Source of the DNA: an uncultured Pseudomonadota bacterium | Lineage (GTDB): Bacteria; Pseudomonadota; Alphaproteobacteria; RF32; CAG-239 | NCBI GenBank assembly: GCA_949298065.1 | Contig: CASFUZ010000003.1 | Coordinates: 25,291 to 89,290, forward strand | Direction of reading: 5' to 3' | DNA length: 64,000 bases | Shown here: piece by piece, positions 58,408 to 64,000 of the stretch | How positions within the stretch are numbered: position 1 is the first letter of the stretch | Layout of the letters: each line of letters begins with the position of its first letter | The notes under the pieces: model-generated | Database searches by the model: none | Seen by the model: the letters and a program-made list of their open reading frames with translations, nothing else | What the model was told of the DNA's origin: nothing | Position numbers and translations under genes: made by a program

Positions 58408-60858
58408 ATGAAAAAACTGTTAAGTCTTTTACTTGTTGCTCTATTGGTTAATGTTTCCGGAGCATTTGCCGCGGACAAAACTTCGGTTGATGCCGTAACC
58501 GAACTGGTGGATGTTTATAATACACCGGAAATAAACTATCCCAAAACAAGTAAAAAACTGCAACAGATAGAGGAAATGCTTAAAAGCGGTCAGGTTTCCA
58601 TTAAGCAGATGTCTGAGGAAGTCAGCTTTTTGGATGAAACCAGAGGGAAACTTATGGTCGCCCGCAAAAGCATAGAACAAGAACTGACCTTTGTCCAAAA
58701 GAGAATAGAGGCTTTGGGTACGGCACCGGAGGATGGCAGTCAGGAATTAAAAGTTATAGCTCAGAAAAGAGAGGAGTTTGGCAAAGAAGAGGCCTATCAA
58801 AAAGGCAAACTTGCGGAAGCAGATGTCTTGTTGACCAAAATAGATGAACTGAATGCGTTGATATTAGATATCCGCAACAAAGAGCTTTTAGGTAACTTAT
58901 TAACCAAACAGACACCGCTTTATTATCCGAGTGTTTTGTTGGGGGCATCCAAGCAGTTCGTTGAATTTGTTTTTGATATTATACGTTCACCTGTTTCATG
59001 GTACGGAGAACTCAATGCCGAGCAGCGCGAATTTGTTAAGTCAAACACCATTCCGGTTGGTTTCACTGTCCTGTTTTCTTTGTGGCTGGGCATCTGGTTG
59101 CGCTTATTTATTATGCGCCGTTTTGGTTACAAGAAAGAAGATGAACATCCGAGATACGGCAAAAAAGTTTTTGCGGCTGTTTTTGTGGCTATCGCTTATG
59201 GCGTTATTCCGTCCTCAATCATCATAGGTTTTTTGGTATGGATAATTAGCACCAAAGTTTTGACCATAGGCTTTTTCGGCCTGACTTTGGCCAGCTTTTT
59301 ATATTACTCATTATTTGTAATTATGGCCGCGGCATTTTCGCGCGTAACTTTTGCACCATATAATGAAAAATGGCGCTTGGTAAATATCAGCAATGACAAA
59401 GCCAAACGCATAACCAAAGCCTTATATTTCAGTGCCTATTCCATCGGTATTGCATCGTTTTTAGAACATGTTGCCGTAACAGCCAATTATGGTCTGGAGT
59501 TAAACTATTTCATAACCGTATTATCAAGCGCTGTGAAGGCTTTCTGCATTATCTTGATTGTTAAAAGAGTCATCTGGGATGATGAGATGGTGCAAGATGA
59601 TATTGCCGATGAAACATCAGAAACGGAAGAAGACGAGGGATTAAGTCCCGCATTTAAAATTACGTTTTTTGTATCATTGTTCGCAGCCGGTGTCTTTTTA
59701 ATAGCTGTCGTCGGATATCCAAAACTCTCGGCCTTCATTTTAGACCGCTCTATTTTAACAGCCATCGTCATAGGATTTTTTATCGTTTTGCGCAAAGCTT
59801 TATCAGAGGTTATGCATCGTGTTTTGATGTTGCGCTTTTGGGTTAAGACATTTAAGATGCGTCGGCGTATGCTTTCCAAGATAGACTTTTGGATGAGCTT
59901 GATAATTGACCCCATGTTGGTTTTGTTGGTGGCTTTTGTATTGCTGTCGCTCTGGGGTGTCTCAACGGATTTATTGTTGCGTAGTATCAAAAAACTGTTT
60001 TTTGGTTTTCAGGTCGGTGGGGTCAATATATCCTTAATTGCCATAATCTTCGCTATTTTGGCATTTCTTATCTCTTTGGCAGCCGTCAAAGCATTAAGAG
60101 GACGTTTGGTTAATAACGTTCTCGCAAAGATGGATATTGATGATGGTATCAAGCATTCATTGTCGTCAGGTTTTAGCTTTGTTGGCTTTATTCTGGCGGC
60201 CATTATCGCCATCACCGTAATGGGCGGAAACTTATCCAATCTGGCCTTGATTGCATCAGCCTTATCCGTTGGTATCGGTTTTGGTTTGCAGAACGTAATT
60301 AACAACTTTGTATCAGGCATCATCATTTTGTTTGAGCGTCCGTTCAAGGTTGGCGATTGGGTAATCGTAAACAATGAGGAAGGCCGGATTAAGCAGATAA
60401 ACATTCGCTCAACCGAGATAGAAACTTTCAAGAAGACAAGTATCATCATACCGAATGCGACGCTGATTTCAAATTCCGTAACAAACTTGACTCATGGCAA
60501 TAACTGGTCGCGCCAGTCTGTAACGGTAGGCGTTGCTTATGGTACGGATGTTGATAAGGTAAAGCAGATTTTGCTTGAGTGTGCGGCAAAATGCAAATAT
60601 GTTTTGAAAAACCCTGCGCCTTATGTCTTGTTTAAAGATTTTGGTCCCTCTAGCTTAGACTTTGAGGTCAGATGTTATACCAATGATATCTGGAATGGTT
60701 GGATAATCCCGAGTGATCTAAGAACCGAGATTAACAAGCGGTTTATAGAAGAGGGAATAGAAATACCGTTCCAGCAGATGGTTATTCACCAAGGCGAGAA
60801 GGTTGCACCTGAGGAGCAGTTCTATGCCAAAAGAAAAGTTAAGAAAGAAGAAAAGTAA
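58408..60858 (+). CDS. Large MscS/MscK-family mechanosensitive channel
   Basis: Periplasmic coiled coil, multiple TM, VGIGFGLQN...ERPFKVGDW. Confidence 0.93.
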   Translation: MKKLLSLLLVALLVNVSGAFAADKTSVDAVTELVDVYNTPEINYPKTSKKLQQIEEMLKSGQVSIKQMSEEVSFLDETRGKLMVARKSIEQELTFVQKRIEALGTAPEDGSQELKVIAQKREEFGKEEAYQKGKLAEADVLLTKIDELNALILDIRNKELLGNLLTKQTPLYYPSVLLGASKQFVEFVFDIIRSPVSWYGELNAEQREFVKSNTIPVGFTVLFSLWLGIWLRLFIMRRFGYKKEDEHPRYGKKVFAAVFVAIAYGVIPSSIIIGFLVWIISTKVLTIGFFGLTLASFLYYSLFVIMAAAFSRVTFAPYNEKWRLVNISNDKAKRITKALYFSAYSIGIASFLEHVAVTANYGLELNYFITVLSSAVKAFCIILIVKRVIWDDEMVQDDIADETSETEEDEGLSPAFKITFFVSLFAAGVFLIAVVGYPKLSAFILDRSILTAIVIGFFIVLRKALSEVMHRVLMLRFWVKTFKMRRRMLSKIDFWMSLIIDPMLVLLVAFVLLSLWGVSTDLLLRSIKKLFFGFQVGGVNISLIAIIFAILAFLISLAAVKALRGRLVNNVLAKMDIDDGIKHSLSSGFSFVGFILAAIIAITVMGGNLSNLALIASALSVGIGFGLQNVINNFVSGIIILFERPFKVGDWVIVNNEEGRIKQINIRSTEIETFKKTSIIIPNATLISNSVTNLTHGNNWSRQSVTVGVAYGTDVDKVKQILLECAAKCKYVLKNPAPYVLFKDFGPSSLDFEVRCYTNDIWNGWIIPSDLRTEINKRFIEEGIEIPFQQMVIHQGEKVAPEEQFYAKRKVKKEEK

Positions 60859-60899
60859 TGCTTGCAAAATAAAAAAAGCGTGATAAAAGAATAAGCGTT

Positions 60900-60975
<76 letters not shown>

Positions 60976-60977
60976 TT

Positions 60978-61006
60978 AAAAAAGCCTCCCTAGCGGAGGC
61001 TTTTTT
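60978..61006 (+). terminator. tRNA terminator
   Basis: aaaaagcctcc/ggaggctttttt. Confidence 0.8.
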
Positions 61007-61007
61007 A

Positions 61008-61145
61008 ATGGTGATGATAATAAAGACAGCTCGAACTGCCGAAGGTAGTTTGAGTTACTAACCGCACAAAGCTAAAAAATGCCCCTGATGGTGCTTTTTT
61101 TTATGGTGATGATAATAAAGACAGCTTGAACTACCGAAGGTAGTT
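61008..61145. repeat. 43-bp direct repeats (61008-61050, 61103-61145) flanking a degenerate tRNA 3' end
   Basis: atggtgatgataataaagacagct(c/t)gaact(g/a)ccgaaggtagtt, 2 mismatches. Confidence 0.9.
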
Positions 61146-61179
61146 GTTAGCAAGCAGATATAATACATACTATAAAAAA

Positions 61180-62196
61180 TTACCATGTTTGAGTATTAAG
61201 TAAATTTGATATTTCTTCAGCACCACTAAAAGAATTCTTTTTTAATATATCAGTTAAATCAAATATTTTTTTACCGCGTAGAGGGTTCGGGGTTATTTTT
61301 TTAAAAGAGGTTGCATAAAACTTATCAACAAAAAAGAATCTATGAGAAGCACTGATAAGATCATAATTATAATTGAAAGCATCCTTTATTGCTAAAATAC
61401 AATTTTTTTTCATTTCGTCTGTGATTATTCCATCTTCAACTTCAATATTAATGTCATGAATATCAAGATTTTGCGAAGCTTTATTTTTCACAGAAATTAT
61501 TGCTCGGCAAATGATTTTACCAATAGCTTGAATTGATTTCATATGATATAAGCCTAAATAATTACAACGGGAATATCCGCGTTCTGCATTATCATAATAT
61601 AAATTTAATTCAATATTTTTAGCAATTGTATCACCGACAGGACGGACAACCATTTTATTTTCAGAATTTGTCAGTAAATCATTATAGCTACAGCAATTTT
61701 CATAATCATTTACAATATCTAAAAAGTCATAATCTCTTATTTCATCTAAAATATTTTTAATTTTGCTTATATATTCGGAAAAAGTAAGATGTATATATTT
61801 TATTTTAAGGTTATTTTGTTTTATATAATTTTGAATTTCATTTTTAATTTTGGGCTTCAATATATTAGGGTCAAGTGTTAGAAGTAATTTATAATCCTCA
61901 TTTTGAAAAGATGATAAGTGCCTGACAAGCTGATCTATATTAAATTGATTATATAATTTTGTTTCAATAACAATCTTAAAGCTAGGTTGTGATATAACAG
62001 CATCAGGAATACTATTTATATTTTGAACTTGCATATCGCAAATAGGTTCAAAACTTTTATCTTCTTCAAATAAATCCAAAAGGAAATCATAAAATTTGGT
62101 ATGAGAATACGCATAAAGTCGTGATATAAGAAGCATTGCATTTGCAGTTTCAACATTCTCTTTTTGGTGGTAACGCTGAAAATAATGTGTGAGCAT
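61180..62196 (-). CDS. AT-rich PD-(D/E)XK nuclease-like protein
   Basis: EN..TA N-terminus; IPDAVISQPSFKIVIETK. Confidence 0.7.
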   Translation of the reverse strand: MLTHYFQRYHQKENVETANAMLLISRLYAYSHTKFYDFLLDLFEEDKSFEPICDMQVQNINSIPDAVISQPSFKIVIETKLYNQFNIDQLVRHLSSFQNEDYKLLLTLDPNILKPKIKNEIQNYIKQNNLKIKYIHLTFSEYISKIKNILDEIRDYDFLDIVNDYENCCSYNDLLTNSENKMVVRPVGDTIAKNIELNLYYDNAERGYSRCNYLGLYHMKSIQAIGKIICRAIISVKNKASQNLDIHDINIEVEDGIITDEMKKNCILAIKDAFNYNYDLISASHRFFFVDKFYATSFKKITPNPLRGKKIFDLTDILKKNSFSGAEEISNLLNTQTW

Positions 62197-62307
62197 TTTA
62201 ATATTCCCTTAATAAAACTTCATATGTCGTAGGGTAAAATCTTTTTCTTGTATTTGCAATAAAAAAAGCTCTGAAAACCGAAGCTTTCAGAGCCAGGAGT
62301 TTAAACG

Positions 62308-62886
62308 TTAAGATAGGAAACATATGTAATATCCGAGGCCGAGGTAAAAGCCGAAGATATATTCACCCCAGTTCCATCCCTCTTTGCCTAAAGGATAATA
62401 CTTTTCTGCTATGGAACCAAGCCAATAGCAAGGCCCCATACCGAGCCCCCAAAACATAAAGCTCACGGATTGAGCGGCAAGCCCCATCAAAAAAGTCAGA
62501 ATAAGACCTGTCAAACAAGTTCCAATGAAGCCGAATATTTTGGGATATTCGCGCAAGTAGACCATATTTCCTTTAATGGAAATATGCAGCGGAAGGAGCA
62601 AATCATCAATCAATTCGCATTCCTTATCAACATTAGGGTCAACATCCTTGCCGTTATAAATGCGTGAGACATAAACGCCCCAGCCATAAAGTTGATAACC
62701 GGCATAAGCAGCCACAAATGCAGTTAAGGCCAAATCAAGAGAGAAGCCTTCCGCCAAACAAATAATAATACTGAAGAAGACCGCATACCAAATTTTGTTA
62801 AGCGGCAATTTTTTGTCGCCGAAACGCAATCCGCCGCGGACTCTCCACAGAAAGGAAGAGATAAATGTCACCAATACAATATACAT
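62308..62886 (-). CDS. Multi-pass membrane hypothetical protein (possibly phage-derived)
   Basis: About 5 hydrophobic segments, Gly/Trp rich. Confidence 0.7.
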   Translation of the reverse strand: MYIVLVTFISSFLWRVRGGLRFGDKKLPLNKIWYAVFFSIIICLAEGFSLDLALTAFVAAYAGYQLYGWGVYVSRIYNGKDVDPNVDKECELIDDLLLPLHISIKGNMVYLREYPKIFGFIGTCLTGLILTFLMGLAAQSVSFMFWGLGMGPCYWLGSIAEKYYPLGKEGWNWGEYIFGFYLGLGYYICFLS

Positions 62887-63118
62887 TCAAGATGTCCCTC
62901 TACAATTAAAGACAGAAGTATATATAGCATATAAAATTTAAGTTGTCAAGGATAAAATTCCTATTTTAGGATAAAAAGCCTTGACAAAGATTGTTTTTTG
63001 TAGTAAGAGTAAAATATCACTAACCATAACTGTAACCATAAAGCGGCGGATTCTTCCGCTGCTTTTTTTTGTATAACTTGGCAGGCTGTAAGGCTTGCCA
63101 TTTTTTTTAGGAACAACA

Positions 63119-63325
63119 ATGCAAAAGATAATTTTAATTCTAGCCGCTTCAGCTCTCATTTGTTTTTTGTTTTACCAATTAGGGCAGGGGCGATGTCAGG
63201 TTGAAACATTAGTCAAAGAAAAGGAGGTCATCAGATATGTTGAAAAGCAAAAATCGTATATTTATTCTCGTCCTAATGCCAATCGTGCTGAGTTGCTTGA
63301 GCTCATGCGCCACAACAAATTATAA
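63119..63325 (+). CDS. Rz-like inner-membrane spanin candidate
   Basis: N-terminal TM MQKIILILAASALICFLFYQLG, short periplasmic helix. Confidence 0.55.
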   Translation: MQKIILILAASALICFLFYQLGQGRCQVETLVKEKEVIRYVEKQKSYIYSRPNANRAELLELMRHNKL

Positions 63326-63473
63326 TCTATGCCCGCAATATCCCATAGCCGGAGAGAAAGTTGCAACTGAACTAGAGAAGCTTCCCGCAAAAGACTTGGA
63401 AGCAACTTGGGAGTGGCTGGGCAGAATCAACAAGTTGCGCCAAGAACTGGAAATTTGTCGTTATTCTTCCTGA
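63276..63473 (+). CDS. Rz1-like lipoprotein (o-spanin candidate)
   Basis: MPIVLSCLSSC lipobox, CPQYP; overlaps the previous ORF in another frame. Confidence 0.55.
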   Translation: MPIVLSCLSSCATTNYNLCPQYPIAGEKVATELEKLPAKDLEATWEWLGRINKLRQELEICRYSS

Positions 63474-63528
63474 TTGAAAAAACAATGATGATGATTATCT
63501 GTATGGCTGAGATTAAAAGGAGGAAAAG

Positions 63529-63939
63529 ATGAAAAGACTATTTCTTGTTTGTGGCGCGATTTTGTTATTACAAGCTTGCGCGACAGAAGCCAAATATGAT
63601 AAAAAATTGCAGTCAATGGTGGGTAAGCCCGAATCTCAGCTGATAGCGGAATGGGGAGCTCCGAGTGCTGCCAAAATTTTGAATAATGGCGAGCAAGTCA
63701 TAACCTATACTCAGGCTAATGATATGTATGTCCCGTCAGAATATTATATCTATAATACGACAGGAGCAGAACCGAGCGAAACCGTATTATATTCGCCTTT
63801 TATGAATGACTATGACTTTGGTCCCTACAGCCAGACTTTCGGCTATGAAGTTGAAGAGGTTTGCCAAACATCATTTTACATCAAAGACGGCATTGTCAGC
63901 GGTTGGAAATGGAAAGGAAATAACTGTATTTCAAACTAG
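63529..63939 (+). CDS. Hypothetical lipoprotein
   Basis: AGGAGG RBS, LQAC lipobox, LIAEWGAP..YTQ. Confidence 0.8.
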   Translation: MKRLFLVCGAILLLQACATEAKYDKKLQSMVGKPESQLIAEWGAPSAAKILNNGEQVITYTQANDMYVPSEYYIYNTTGAEPSETVLYSPFMNDYDFGPYSQTFGYEVEEVCQTSFYIKDGIVSGWKWKGNNCISN

Positions 63940-64000
63940 TTTGGCTTTGCCGGATGCAAGCAGTCAAGGAGTCGTACTTGGCTGCTTTTTTTATGAGTTA

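Noticed and set aside
61008-61145. Possible mini CRISPR array
   Set aside because: Only two repeats, no cas genes, and the 'spacer' is a tRNA fragment plus terminator
62938-63159. 73-aa minus ORF
   Set aside because: Overlaps the spanin-like ORF; no RBS or recognisable motif

Overview
Chromosomal window of a moderately AT-rich alphaproteobacterium. The fliX/flaF/flbD, fzlA, trcR and zapA-6S content suggests a Rhodospirillales-like, possibly gut RF32-type lineage (inference). It carries housekeeping genes (serS, thrS, efp, rpmE, dksA, maf, rne/rng, yacG, mraZ-rsmH-ftsL-ftsI, lpxC-bamD-recN) and a flagellar cluster (flaF, sigma54-driven fliK-flgD-flgE, fliF-fliG-fliH-fliN-flbD-flhA-flhF-flhG, plus fliX). 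RNA genes are 6S RNA, RNase P RNA and tRNA-Thr(CGT). Two accessory regions stand out. (i) An AT-rich cassette at about 46.7-48.8 kb, directly after ftsI, in which two ankyrin genes share a 109-bp near-identical promoter/RBS/N-terminus repeat and flank a gene with a peptidoglycan-binding-like motif. (ii) An integration scar after tRNA-Thr with repeated att-like tRNA fragments, a PD-(D/E)XK nuclease-like gene and phage lysis remnants (overlapping spanin-like pair). Other oddities: a membrane-anchored MEMO1-AMMECR1 fusion coupled to an M49 peptidase and serine dehydratase, an Asd homologue lacking catalytic residues, and TrcR with a lysine-rich tail. All calls come from motif recognition by eye; no database searches were run.
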